Position numbers and translations under genes: made by a program. Source: Camelus dromedarius (lineage: Eukaryota). Taken from it: DNA of 64,000 nucleotides. Shown piece by piece: positions 11,797-24,934 of this stretch; within the stretch, counting starts at the first letter, position 1; each line of letters begins with the position of its first letter. The stretch is from assembly GCF_036321535.1 (NCBI RefSeq), contig NC_087447.1, positions 41,480,001-41,544,000 of the forward strand, written 5' to 3'. The notes beneath the pieces were generated by a model. It was not told the origin of the DNA. It searched no databases and saw only the letters and a list, made by a program, of their open reading frames with translations.

Positions 11797-13538
11797 GTAG
11801 GTTTCTTACCAGATTGCCAGCATGAGGCAAGGCAAGATCTTGCAAACTGTCCTAAGCCTACCAAGTTCTTGACTGAATTTCTGGGGTGGGGGGCGACCCT
11901 CCAAGTCAACAGAAGATCTCATTGGTAGGATTGCTCTGCCAGAAATTTTCTGACAGTATTTGTCAACTTCACCCAAATGATTCTCATTTGCCTTTTATGT
12001 GCTCTTGACTTTTATTTTTTGTTATGAGCTATTTTTAATGAGAATATTTTGAAACAAAACATTGAGGGAAGATTTATTTTAAGAAGTGTTTCATTGAAGA
12101 AGCAAATGATGACTGTGAAAAAATTTTAAGCAATCACTAAATCTGGGGAAGATGGCTAACTTTCACAGAATATTGGTCTGTTTTATGTTTTTGGAAGTGT
12201 CAGTATAATTATTTTAATATCAGTTTTACTATACTATCATGGAATGCATTCTTTTAAAATATGCAGTAAATAACAAATTAACTGAAACAAATCTGTGAAA
12301 ATATAAGTTTAAAAATTAGCCATCAAGCTCCCTGCCAAAGAAATGACTTGAAATGATTCCTTTTAGGCTTTTGAGATGCCTAAATGGTAACCATTCTGCA
12401 CTGTAGGCAAAAAAAAATTGTGACTCAAATCACTTATTACAGCTCTGGGCAAATGAAAATCTGAGCACTTTAAAAGGAAAATTGTATTGTTAAGCTGAAA
12501 GATGCACTGAGAAATATGTCAGGAACAGACATCCAGACTTGGTTCATATATTGTCATATTCAATTTTATAAGGGAGATTAGGTTACATGGTTGGTTTTTC
12601 AAATACCAGAACTATTACTTTTAAACAAGTTTGGCCCTCTTGGACATCCCCCTGGGAAGACTATTCACTTTTCCCCAAAATACTGCCATTTCTCAAATTA
12701 TTCTGGAACTTGTTCTTTGACATTGTCTCATTACACTCTTTGGGTCATCCTCAATGATGGCAAAATTTTCCTAAGGAAATTAAAATTTTAGAAACAACTG
12801 AAGATTATACAAGAGTCATGACTGGGGGAAAATGTGGTTAATGAAATAGAGTGGATGAGGATGGGCACTGGGATTTTTGAGGGTCTATCTATCTATTTCT
12901 TAAGAAGATGTTTTATAGTTGAAGGAACAGGCTCAGTGAGGCCAAGTAACTTGCCTGCTCTCATAAAGGCAGTACATAATGAAGTTTAGGTTTGAATTCA
13001 GCTCTGATTCCTCGGTATATACTGTTTCTACTAGGCTGGCTGTTTCCTAAGAACTCTTAAGGAAGGGGTTACTGGAGCATCCCTTTGATTCCAGTTCCCC
13101 ATCTTTGTCCTTAAATAGGAAAGCATAAAATCTACTAATATTTGTTGACTGCCTACTATGGACCCATCTTCCACCAGATACAAATTACCTAATTTAAAAC
13201 TTCTGACAAAAATTCTATAAAGAAGATACAACTACCCTCCTTTTACAAATGAGAGTGCTAACTTGCCCAAAGTCCCAAGGCCAATTAACAATAGAAGAAA
13301 TATTCAAAGCCAAGTCTCTTGCCCAGAATGGATCTATCATTCCTTGTAATAACAATACTTAGAGTAAAGATGATGTATGATGAGAGAGCATCAAGACCCA
13401 TTTTATTGTGTAATTAATATTCCTTCTCTAAAAGTATTCCCAAAGAAGCAGCCATAAGAGTTTCAAACAATAGCAAGCTTATGAGTTAAATGAGCCAAAT
13501 TCCAGGACAAATGGTGTGTTCCAAGAGTTCATCTCAAG

Positions 13539-13539
<1 letters not shown>

Positions 13540-13589
<50 letters not shown>

Positions 13590-13601
13590 TGTGTGTGTGT
13601 G
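13540..13601. repeat. (GT)n microsatellite, LYVE1 intron 1
   Basis: Near-perfect dinucleotide run. Confidence 0.97.
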
Positions 13602-14439
13602 TTCATCTTCTCCCCATGAACACAGTGGGAAGCAGAATAGTGTCCTAGTTAAGAACCGGGGTTTTAGTTATCAATCATAGCTGGGTTTGTGCCCCCAAAC
13701 TGCCACCTAGTTGCTCCATATCCTGGAGCTTGGGAAAGTTATTCAATCTCCCTGAGCCTCAATTTTCTGTTAAATGACACAGGGTTTGGCACAGAGTAGC
13801 ACCCACAGATGATAGAAGTTGGAAGTAACTTTGGTATCAGTATTAACATCGGTGTTGAATAGTGCACAGTCACAAGACACTGTTCTGTTACAAACACTCA
13901 CATTGAGTGCCGGCTCTCTGGTCTCCTTTTTGCTGAGAGCAGGGTCTGGAAGCAAACAAGGCTAGCCACAAATACCATATATCATATTCACTTCCCTTCC
14001 CCCAGCCCCCTGCTCCAGAGCATGACAAGGTCATATGGAGGACTTAGAAATGATCTTTCCATGTTTGCAAGAAGAAACTTCCTTTAAATACCAACTTGGA
14101 CGGTGGTCAAAGCATTTGACTGGCCGTCCGATGCACAGATTTGTGTTCAAGCAATTACCTGGGAGACTGAAATGCCCTTTTATGGACTTCTGTGGAGGAA
14201 GCCCAATAAGAATAAAATACCTGAATGCAATGCAACTTTGCAATTTCATCCAGGTCTATACATCCAGAACCCAGAGGGAAGGGATCAAGAGAACTCTCAG
14301 ATTCATTAGATTTTGAGTAAGAGATTATTCACATCATAACTGATCAACTGCATCAGCTCCCCTAGGGAGATCAATCATTAGCAGTTTAAAACCAAAATGC
14401 TTTGAAGGTAGCATAATGATACTCTGTTATGATGTATTA

Positions 14440-14640
14440 ATACCTACTATATGGCAGGCACTATGCTAAGCATTTATCTGAATCAACTCATTTCACTTGT
14501 ACCACCCTATACAACAGTTGTTCTTCCAATTTTATAAATATAGAAACTGAGGCTCAAGGAGATGAAGTAACTAGCCTAAGGCCACAGAGCTAGCAAGTGA
14601 CATAGGTTAGATTCAAATCCAGGACTGACTCGAAAACTCT
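14440..14640. mobile_element. MIR SINE (other MIR remnants near 9570, 12910, 13240, 13630, 15940, 16520, 20000, 31770, 36030, 47190, 58980, 59510)
   Basis: Core gaaactgaggctca...aagtaactagcctaaggccacagagctag...gattcaaatccagg. Confidence 0.75.
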
Positions 14641-15219
14641 ACTTCCTTTATTTAGTTTCTCTGCCATGCAAGCTTCATGATCTGACTCCTCCAGGAACTT
14701 CTGAGTAAGCCTGCCCCCCAATGGTCAGAGAAGACCTAGGACTGAGAAAGTTCACATTCTGTTCTACTAAGTACCACATTTTTTAACCCATCTCAGAAAT
14801 AGTGGTCTCCCTAACCAACATTAGTTTAAAGTATTGCTAACTATTCTGTTAACCCGAGCCCTGAATTCTATCTTTCTCAAAGCCACAGACCCTTCATGTT
14901 ATAGACTCCAAAAGGGTTTGTAGCAGCTGTGTCCCCTAGACCACACCCCAGGAACATCCATGGAGCATCCGTATAATGAACAAGGTACCTTGATGCAGTG
15001 AAGGAGGATGGACTCGGGTCTAGAGAGAGGTACAGCGTGGATCAGGGCAAGCACCCACCTAACCCAGCAGGATGTCCTTGCAGAAAATGCCTGGCCTGTG
15101 TCCTGTTATTTCTAAACTTTAATCCCAGCTGCTGAATCAAAACAACACTGTTGTGCTAGGAAGGAGAGCCTGCGGGCAAGGACAGCAGCACACTGAGGAC
15201 CTATGTGATTCCTTTGCAG

Positions 15220-15391
15220 AGCTTTCCATCTCAGGACAATGCAGACTCAGGGGGGTCGTCCTTGTGAGCAAAAAGACAAACCCGCAGCTGAATTTCACAG
15301 AAGCCCAGGAGGCCTGTAGGCTGGTGGGACTCACGTTGGCCAGCAAAGACCAGATTGAAGCTGCATGGGAAGTTGGCTTTGAGACTTGCAG
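15220..15391 (+). CDS. LYVE1: LYVE1 exon 2 (Link module, N-terminal half)
   Basis: ttgcAG acceptor; [63 protein letters not shown] donor; 172 nt. Confidence 0.96.
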
Positions 15392-15500
15392 GTGAGAAAC
15401 AGCTGGGTTCACGAACTCTGCAGGAGCTCTTTTGGTTCTGTGTTCTTGTTCAGAAACAGAGATCAGTGTATCCACTCAATGAATGTGTCTTCTGTTACAG

Positions 15501-15640
15501 CTATGGCTGGGTTAAAGATCAGTTCTTGGTCATCTCTCGGATTTTCGCGAACCCCAAGTGCGGGAAGAACGGGAAGGGCGTCCTAATTTGGAGAAATTCA
15601 CCTAATCAAAAGTTCAGGGCCTATTGTTACAACTCATCTG
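15501..15640 (+). CDS. LYVE1: LYVE1 exon 3 (Link module, C-terminal half)
   Basis: ttacAG acceptor; [53 protein letters not shown] donor; 140 nt. Confidence 0.96.
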
Positions 15641-17249
15641 GTGAGTCAGATCTGCAGTCTCTCCACATGGCATGTTTTCTCTGAGTTTCTATAGCTCTGT
15701 GACCTGTCAGAAGAGTAAGACTGAGCAGCCACAGAAGGAATCATGGTGATGGCCATGGAATCCTCCCAAGACTGCCTCTTCGACCAGGCTAGAAGCAGTG
15801 TGCCCCTCAGAGGGAAACATTAGGGCAACACAGGGAGAGGGCACCTCAGGAGGCTCCATCACCCGCCCCTTTCCAGCCTATAAGATAAACAAGAAGAAGG
15901 GATGGAAACATCCACTATGGACAAAGCAAGGTACTAAGCGATCTCACTGAAACTTAACAAGCTCCCTAGGAGGTATGCTCTATCTTCCCCATTTTATAGA
16001 CGAAGAAGCTTAGTTCGGAGGACGTTTAAGTAGCTTGGTCTAAGGTCTCCTCACTCTTAAGATTCACACACAGATCTCACTCTGTGGCCACGCTCTTTCC
16101 AGTATCCCACATTCCTTTACAGGAGTGGAAATTCAGGTACTGCATTTGATGTTGAAGCTAGAAAATAGAACTGATTTGCTCATGGCCACGGGGTCATCCC
16201 TTCAACCTTGTTTGGAGACCTCAGTCGCCTTCGCCCAAGTGCTTGACCTAAGTAACTTCTCCAAAAGTTGTCCTTTGACTAAACACTTGCTCTCACTTTA
16301 TCATAAGAACCTCTGTCTGATTTATCACTCTTCACAGATACTCATAAATCATACCTTCTAAAGGTCAGATGGCTCAGTGGTCATTCTCTAAGATCCAAGA
16401 GATGAAAGGTCACGGGCAACATTTTGTTGCCCAAAGGCAGCATAAGATCCAGGCAGTTCTCTGAACCAGGGGCCCTTGGCCTAGGAAGGGCCCTGAAAGA
16501 GGCTTTGTCCATTCCCTCACTTCACGGATGAAACAACCATAGCTCAGAATGGAGGTTTGTCTGGTTCAAAGTCCCACAGTCAGTTGACGGCAGAGCCAAG
16601 ACTGGAACATAAAGCTTCTTCCCACTTTTTTTCCACCATCCTCCTTCTCTCCTCTGCCTCTTCCACACATCACTTTTGGCTAGGGAATCTGTGGTTCACG
16701 CCTCTGCTTATCTCATGGCCAGTTTTCACCTGTCAAGTGGTCTGGCCTTCCTGCCAGCTGTCAGTGCGGAGATAGGACACCCAGCCCTCTGGGCTAAACA
16801 AAAAGGAGTCAGGGAAGAGGACCTGGATTCCTCTTGGTTTTATTTAACTTGTATTTCCATTCCCTACATTCCCTGTATACTTAAAGTCAGGTGTAAAGGC
16901 TTGGTTAGACTCATGTTCACTGTTTTGGGCAAAAATACTTCATAATGATGTCATGTCCTTTAGATCATAACAAAAGGTACTTCATGTCAGTTCATCCTAC
17001 TATTAATATGCTATTTGAACAAGATGGTGGCTGCCAGGCTTCTCTAATGAACTCAGAGCGATATGTCTTCCCCTTTGCAGTGGATAGGTAATACCATCCA
17101 CTATGATAGTGTGATATTTTGGCACCATGCAAATATTCTGACCCCCAACCATCTCTTACCTGATAGTTCAAGCAGACAGTAATGATCCTTGCTGGACTCA
17201 GTTACTATATACAGGGCTGCAAAATGATAATTTTCTAAATCTATTCTTT

Positions 17250-17913
17250 TTTTTAACTTTTTTTTATTGAGTTATAGTCGGTTTACAATGCTGTGTCAAT
17301 TTCCAGTGTAGAGCACAATCTTTCAGTTATACACGAACATACATATATTCATTGTCACATACTTTTTTGCTGTGAGCTACCACAAGATCTTGTATATATT
17401 TCTCTGTGCTATACAGTATAATCTTGTTTATCTATTCTACATATGCCTGTCAGTATCTACAAATTTCGAACTCCCAGTCTGTCCCTTCCCACCCCCACCC
17501 CCGGCAACCACAAGTTTGTATTCTATGTCTATAAGTCTGTTTCTGTTTTGTATTTATGTTCTCTTTTTTTTTTTTTTTCAGATTCCACATATGAGCAATC
17601 TCATATGGTATTTTTCTTTCTCTTTCTGGCTTACTTCACTGAGAATGACATTCTCCAGGCACATCCATGTTGCTGCAAATGGCATTATGTTGTCTTTTTT
17701 ATGGCTGAATAGTATTCCATTGTATAAATATACCACATCTTCTTTATCCAGTCATCTGTCAATGGACATTTAGGCTGTTTCCATGTCTTAGCTATTGTAA
17801 ATAGTGCTGCTATGAACATTGGGGTGCAGGTGTCTTTTTGAAGTAGGGTTCCTTCTGGATATATTTCCAGGAGTGGGATTCCTGGGTCATATGGTAAGTC
17901 TATTCCTAGTCTC
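17250..17913 (-). mobile_element. Young 5'-truncated L1 (ORF2 C-terminus and 3'UTR) with 12-bp TSD
   Basis: Minus-strand ORF ...[46 protein letters not shown]...[22 protein letters not shown] aatctattcttt at 17238-17249 and 17914-17925. Confidence 0.95.
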
Positions 17914-18721
17914 AATCTATTCTTTCTTCTGCATTTATCAGCTGGCATTCTTTGATAAAGAAGAATCTCTCTCTCTCTCTCTCTCTCTTCCTCCCCCCCC
18001 TCCCTCCTTTCCTCCCTCACACACACACACACCTCCCTCCCCATCACACTACTATGGTCACATGACATTCTGCTTTGTGTGTTCAATAGTTATTGTCAGT
18101 TTTACAATTATTATTCTTTTCTTCTTCTTGATACTCAAATTGTCCCAAATTTGAAGAGTGGAGCCCCTTCTAGTTGACTTTTGTGTCCTTTCCCCCATTA
18201 GTCTTTGAGCAAGTCATTGCTTTCTCGCATAATAGCATGTCCCAGGTTCACTTTGTACTTTCCCTGTCCCAGACATGGAATCAGCCATTTATTTCTCCAA
18301 GGGGCTGTGTGTCCTTTGAATGGAGAATGTTAATTAGAGACCAAGTCTACATGCAAGTTGTTCTCATTACTACTCACATTTTCATTGCTTCTCAATCCTT
18401 TTCAGTGGGCAGCTAGGGAATATATATATTTTATAAATTATGCATTTGTATTGATATTTCCAATTCAAATTTAACAATTCAAGTTTTTCTTTGTTTACTG
18501 TGTTTTTACTTGCATCTTTTTTCCCTCTTATATGGAAAATCCTTGTTCCCAGTAAAGAATATATTTTCTTATCCTACAATAGTTTCAAAATTATAAAAAC
18601 AACATTATTAGGAATAATAAACCTACTGAGTGGAATCTGAGATTCCTTTGCATTTCTTTTAGTCCTTAGAAGGTACCCCTCTAAGGATGTACTGTCAGAG
18701 AATTCTGTTCAAAAGTGACTT

Positions 18722-19317
18722 TGTTAGAGCAGGCAGAGAGCTAGATATGAGCAGAGAAAGGGGGGCACAGGCCAAATGGCAGGAAACCATACATCTTGTG
18801 AGCAGCAGGGGACTTCGGGCAGACAGAGGAAAACAGGAACCTCTAGACTGACAGAAACCACACATTTTGGGGTGACAAGGGTCCTGGAGGCAGACAACGA
18901 AAATGGGAAAGGCAGGAATCTTCAGCATCCAAATGCAACCTTTTGCTCATTATGCCCTTATTTTAATAAAATTACCCTTGCAGATTAGAAGTACCCATCA
19001 TGCACCAACGCCATGACACTTCTGATCCAGACTAAATAAGGGCAAAAATCCCTCCTCCCCTTGGGAAGGGGGAGTTGGGATGAAAATCAGGAAATACAAC
19101 CCCAAGCCCCTCCCTCCCCAATGAATATTTTGCCCACTTATTTTTACACCCTATGTAACCAGCTTCCCAAAGAAACAGCACAGCTGCTCACCCTTGCCTG
19201 CACACTCACCCCTTGAGAGAGTCCCATCTCTTAATAAATCCTCACTTTACTTTTTTGACCTCCATCTCTCTCTCTCTCTAAATTCTTTCTGCGACAAGAA
19301 CCTACTCTCTGGTGACA
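18722..19317 (+). mobile_element. ERV1-class solo LTR (596 bp)
   Basis: TG...CA termini; perfect 4-bp TSD ACTT at 18718-18721 and 19318-19321; AATAAA 19233-19238. Confidence 0.85.
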
Positions 19318-20889
19318 ACTTGAGATTTGTTACCCTGTGTGGTTATGTTATCATTTTGAAATAATTAGGCTCACCTGCTCCTGTTTGCCATCTATGAGGA
19401 TCAGAGTTACCCTAACCCTCAGCCTGACACTCGTCCTGAACTTACCCAATGTCTCTTTGTTTTTGTGACTTTCCTTTTTATTGCTGTCTGGTGAGCTCTG
19501 GGGATCAGAGTAACCTTAGACCTTATCCTAATTGTCTTATTGCTATCTTTGTGAGCTTTGGGGATCAGACCAAAGTGCTTTTAACGTTCTGTGTGTCCCA
19601 CCTGTTTCATGCTGTTCTCACTGCCACAGTGCCCCTCTTCTTCATCACCTGGTACCTTGTATCCTTTATTCAAGTCTCAAGTACCATCTTCTTTGGCATA
19701 CTCCTTACTCCCAGAGTTCCTCTTGGGCTCCAACCACACTGTGCTGTATCTATCAGAGCACTTGGCACATTCCAGAGAAATTATAGTTTGGAAGGGAAGG
19801 AGAGCCAGGTCCTAACACTTCCAGGTGAGATGCGTTGTGCCCCAATCAGTTAGGGACCACAGGACCAGATTGCTATTGCTCCCTCACATTGTGGCTTTCT
19901 TGGCTACACTTAAAGAACAGAGAGGCAAAGGAAACTCATTCTTACGGATCTTACATGTTGTACCATGCGTGTTGTACTGTGCATGTTGTACTTGTATGCT
20001 AGGCCCTGTGTGTGTACTCTCTCATTAATCCTCAGTAAAACGGTACAAGTGTATCATTTCTACTTTTCAAGGGAAGTAACTGATGCTTAGAGTGTGCTTT
20101 GCTGTGGTCACAGTTGATAGGGGACAGAGCCAGGATTGGCTCTGTCCCTTGGTAACCCCAAGTTTGTTTTCTATCCCAGCACAATATATTGTGTTCAGAA
20201 TGTTTTTCCCCCAATACTAAGAAAAAATAAACGTTAATTTTTTTGGAAGGAAGTATTTAGCACATGCTCGAGTATGGCAAATGTAACTAAAAGTTCAGGT
20301 CAGAGGTCAAGGATGATGTCTATTTGAACAGAGGTCTTTTCAAAGTAAAATGAATAGTGTAAAATATTGACTGAATGCCTAGGTGGTCAAAATGTTTTTT
20401 CATGTTTACCATGGCATTGAATGCTAATTTTTACTTAACTTTCAAAAATGAATAGAATTCATTTTTCTTCATAGCTAACATTCCACTTGGTGCTACCCAC
20501 TGCCACAATATTTGTAGAGATTTAAAATAGATGCAAATTCATATTGCAATATATTGCATGGCTCTGCCATTTACTAGCTGTGTGACTTTGGGCAAGTTAT
20601 TCAATTTCTCTGAGTTTCAGCTTCCTCCTCTGTGAATGAGGGTTTTATAAAACTGTTGAATGGAGTGCCATGGTTGACTCAGAGCCACAGGTTCAGCAAA
20701 TGTCAGTTTCCTCTCAACCACATTCAACAGATTCGATAGCAAACCTACATCCATCCCCGGTCCCCTACCTCCTTTTTTGAACAAACATTTGATGAGCACA
20801 GAGAAAGCTGGTTTTAGTAGATCCTTGTCCTGAAGTGATATCATGTGTGTGTATTTGGTCTCCCCATATACTCCTTTCTTCATTTCACT

Positions 20890-21462
20890 TTTCCTTCCCT
20901 CCTTCATTCATCAGATATTTTTTGAGCATGTACTATGTGCCAGGGGCAGTGCACATACTTTGATGACCAGAATAGACAGGGATCCTGCCTCCAAGTAGCT
21001 CCCAGTCCAGTGGGGAGCAGTGTAACGAATCATGACAAGGAAAGAACAAGGAGGGGCAAGAACACTTGTCTAGGGACCCAGTCTAGTTATCAAGTCTGCT
21101 TAGGAAAGAGATGCTCAGTCTGAGCCCTGAAGGACATGTAAGAGCTAAATAAAGAGAAGGCAAAGAGTCTCACGGGTGAAGAAAACATCATGATCAAAGG
21201 CTTGGATGTGAGAGAAGGCACATCAGAGAACTGAAGGGGAGTTTCAGTATGGCCAGAGGAACGAGGGAAAGACCGATCAGGTGAGGCTGGCCGTGTCAGC
21301 AGAGGCCAGATCATGGAGGGCCTTATAGGCCATGCAGTAGAGGCAGTCACTGAGAAAGATTCTAAAGGAATAATATGGTTAGATTCGCATCTTTGTAAGA
21401 CCATTCCAGCTGCAGTATAAGGGGGTTGGAGGAGAGGAAGACCAGTTATGAGGCTGTTGCAA
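20890..21462. mobile_element. L2 fragment
   Basis: cattcatcagatattttttgagcatgtactatgtgccagg end motif; gccagatcatggagggccttataggccatg body motif. Confidence 0.7.
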
Positions 21463-21500
21463 TACTTACTTGCTATTTCATTATTTCCCTCCCCTGACAG

Positions 21501-21812
21501 ATATTTGGATTAACTCATGCCAGCCGGAGGTTATCACCACCAATGATCCCATATTCAGCACTGAAATGGCAACACACACAACAGAAGTGACTGTCAGAGA
21601 CAGCACATACTCAGCATCCTCTGCTGAGGGACCTTACTCTGTTACACAGACTGTGTCTCCTGTTCCTGCTCTGGCTTCCACTTCTACTCCACGGAAAAGA
21701 AATTTAATTTGCATAACAGAAGCTTTTATGGAAACTAGCAGCATGTCTACAAAAACTGAATTATATATTGAAAATAGAGTAGCGTTCAAGAATGAAGCTC
21801 TCGGGTTTGGAG
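21501..21812 (+). CDS. LYVE1: LYVE1 exon 4 (Ser/Thr-rich stalk with dimerisation Cys)
   Basis: ctgacAG acceptor; [10 protein letters not shown]...[10 protein letters not shown]...[15 protein letters not shown] donor; 312 nt. Confidence 0.95.
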
Positions 21813-21829
21813 GTAAAACTTTCTGCATT

Positions 21830-21892
21830 ATGTGTATGTGTTTGTGTGTGTGTGTGTGTGTATGTGTTTGTGTGTGTGTGTGTGTGTGTGTG
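21830..21892. repeat. Imperfect (TG)n just downstream of the LYVE1 exon 4 donor
   Basis: Seen directly. Confidence 0.95.
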
Positions 21893-22474
21893 GTGTATTT
21901 ATGTATAACAGGCAAAATTAGCCTATATCCATATTGGGCACTCAGGACCTGCCAAGTACAAATAAAAGCTTAATGTAAACTCAACCTTCATAAATCATAG
22001 GACTTGAGGTCTCTAAAGAATCTTAATGATTAAAAATCATGAGTGTAAAAAATAGCTTCACTCTTTAAAATGCAAAGACTCTTACAAGTAAACTACTATC
22101 TATTAATATACAGAAGTTTTTAAAAAATAGAATCTTAAATGCCTATGATTAGTAGGTTTGTTTTCCTATTTAAAGGAGGAGTCTTAATGAGCTCAAAACT
22201 TATCTCAAAGCCACAAAGAGGAAATGGATTCTGTTGTGTTGCAATTTCTAAAACAGAGAGAGTGAGAGGCAAACAAGGTCAAGGATTCTACAGGCAAGAA
22301 GCAAAAAAGCACATGTGCGCCCAACACCCTAAGAGGCCCCTGTGTGGCCCCAGAGTAGGCTCTTTTCCTTCACTGTCTGCAGTCTCCATCCTGCGGAAGG
22401 ATGATGTGTTAGGAGAGCAGTGCACAACTGTGTCCAAGTGAGGGACCAACAGGCCCTGTCTCTGTCTCCCCCAG

Positions 22475-22553
22475 GTGTTCCCACGACCCTGCTGGTACTC
22501 GCCCTCCTCTTCTTTGCTGCTGCCGCTGGCCTAGCAGTTTGCTACGTCAGAAG
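22475..22553 (+). CDS. LYVE1: LYVE1 exon 5 (transmembrane helix)
   Basis: ctccccccAG-type acceptor; [32 protein letters not shown] donor; 79 nt; absent from the ORF track. Confidence 0.95.
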
Positions 22554-23099
22554 GTAGGGTTGTTGGTACACTGTGAGTCTTGTCATCTTTGTCACATCCG
22601 TATCTTGCATTTAGCCAAGGTTGTTCTTAGCATCCCCTCCGTCAAAATGGAGCTGGCAGTCCTCTTATACTGTAGATTTTCTCCCTCCCCTCACCTGTCC
22701 TCCCTATCACCCAATCTTTCCTACTATTTCAGCTCATGTATGTTATCCAGCCTTTAGATGTAGGTCAATGGCTGTCCCTTTGAATATTAAGAAGTAAGAA
22801 GAAAAGATTGACACCTAGAGGAAAACATATATGCTTTATTTGATTTTCTGTTCTTTGTTTTTGATGAGAGGGTTGTGAGGTCAGCCTAAAGTTTGGCCTG
22901 CAAACTTACGGTCCCATATAAATGAATCCATTCCTGTGGGGCTGTGTTAAGGCATTTGAGCATGCCTGGGTTAGCATCTCTCTGAAATAAAGGTTCCCAG
23001 CGTACTCCGTCACTATGGGCCATCACAGACTAAGTGTTATCTACTAGTCCATGGGTTACATAGAAGTCTCTCACTTTACTTGCATGTTTATGCCTACAG

Positions 23100-23286
23100 G
23101 TATGTGAAGGCCTTCCCCTTTACAAACAAGAATCAGCAGAAGGAAATGATTGAAACAAAAGCAGTGGAGGAGGAGAAGGCTGATGACGGCAATCTGAATG
23201 CTGAATCAACGAAAATCGATAAAAAGCTGGAAGAGCCGAAGAGTCCACCCAAAACCGCAGTGCGATACCTGGAAGCTGAAGTTTAG
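23100..23286 (+). CDS. LYVE1: LYVE1 exon 6 (cytoplasmic tail)
   Basis: ctacAG acceptor; [21 protein letters not shown]...YLEAEV*; six exons sum to 975 nt = 324 aa + stop. Confidence 0.96.
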
Positions 23287-24501
23287 GTGAGAAAGAAATG
23301 AGAGGACACACCTGAGGCTGATTTCCTTCCTGATACATGTCCTGGCCCCAGATCAGGAGCCTAAAAGGGCCAAAGAACCAAACTAGAAAGTCCACCCTTG
23401 GTGGCTAATTGAAGTCAGCTCCAGGCTACCTTTGGACTCTGGAGCTCACCAAAGGGAAATCCCTTTTTCTTATTGCAGTCCTTTCTGGACCCTATCCTCC
23501 TACCTCCAAAGCTTCCCACAACCTCTCTAGCCTGGTTATGTCCTAATAATATTCTGGTGGGAGAAAGGAGCTTGTGCAAAGCATCAGGACCTAAAAGAGC
23601 TAATCAGAACATGTTTGTCAAGAGGACTTCAGGCTGGCTGAGAACCGGTGAGTTGAGAGCTAGGAAACCATTGGATCAAGGCTTTGTCTATTGATTGATT
23701 CTACAGCTCAGATCCTTTCTTCAGCTCTGGAAAGGAAACACCACCTGGCAGGTCCTTCTGAGGCAAGAGCAAAAGAAGGAAGGAGAAGTTTAGCAACTGA
23801 AGGCCAGGAAGATTCTAATGACTTGAGACCCAATCTCTGCAAAGCCAAAATAAGCAGAGAAAAAGAATGAGGCTGAGGCTATTGACAGCATCTTGTCAGT
23901 AGGGACTGTAACTACAGACAGGGCCAAAGTATTCATCTCTGAATAATTTGAGTTGGAATCACTTTATAGAACCTACACATACATACTTTTCTCTCTCCCC
24001 CACTGCTATTTTCTCTAGAAGAATATACTTTTACAAGAAATGCCCCCCCAATCTCTTACAAACTTCTATTTTTATCTGAGTTACAGAAATCATTACTGAA
24101 TAAAATTACTGTGTTAAGAAGCAGTAAAATTTAATAAACATTTGCTGAATGCCTACTCCATGGCAGGACCTGTGCAAGCTATTACATTCTGGAATTGATT
24201 ATTATTCATCAAAAATTGCATATGGTAGAATGTATGAAGGTAACATTTTTCAGTATTAATATCTCCAACTTATCCACTTCCAAAACCTTTTTTTTTTTTT
24301 TTTGCTGAGACTAACCTCATTATTTTCTCATTAACATGGCAACCACTATAACCTTAATTTATTTTCAACATACCTAAAAAGTACATCATTGCCTCTATAG
24401 ACCAAAGCACATTTTTCAAAATGTCATTACCAAGTACATCACTAACTCTCCTTTCTCCAAACAAAGGGGCCTGAAAGGGGCAAAAATATTTGTGCCGAAA
24501 A

Positions 24502-24507
24502 AATAAA
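24502..24507 (+). terminator. Candidate LYVE1 polyadenylation signal (proximal alternative at 24133-24138)
   Basis: AATAAA followed by a T-rich downstream stretch, ~1.2 kb after the stop. Confidence 0.65.
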
Positions 24508-24934
24508 AGCATTTAGAAAATTTCTTTGCTCTCTTATTTACATAGGTGCGTTATACCGTTCATGCAAAATTGAAGTAATCCGCTGTTTGCAAAAGTGAGA
24601 GACAACTCTGGTTGTTGCAATACATCCATAAACCCAATGGTACAGACATCACCATGTGGGGCTCTCTTGCTTCAGATGGTCTTATTTTAAGGAGGTCAAG
24701 TATACACACATAATTCAGTTCTTTACCTAGGATTCAGGTCCTACATTCCAATCTGTTTCAGAGCTCTCAGAGAACCGGAGATTCAGGTTGGCTCATTTGG
24801 CCTTTTTCTCTAGCTTTCCCTCTCCCTCTCTCTAGTCTTTCCCTGTCAGACTGCTAATATCTTCTTCCCCTCACCAGTAATCCCACAGTTCTATGGTCCT
24901 TTCAGCTCAGAAGCTATACCCTGTTGGCATAGTC

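Noticed and set aside
16414..16432. GGGCAACA-ttt-TGTTGCCC inverted repeat resembling a steroid response element
   Set aside because: Lacks the critical G of the AGAACA half-site; an 8-bp stem is expected by chance in 64 kb.
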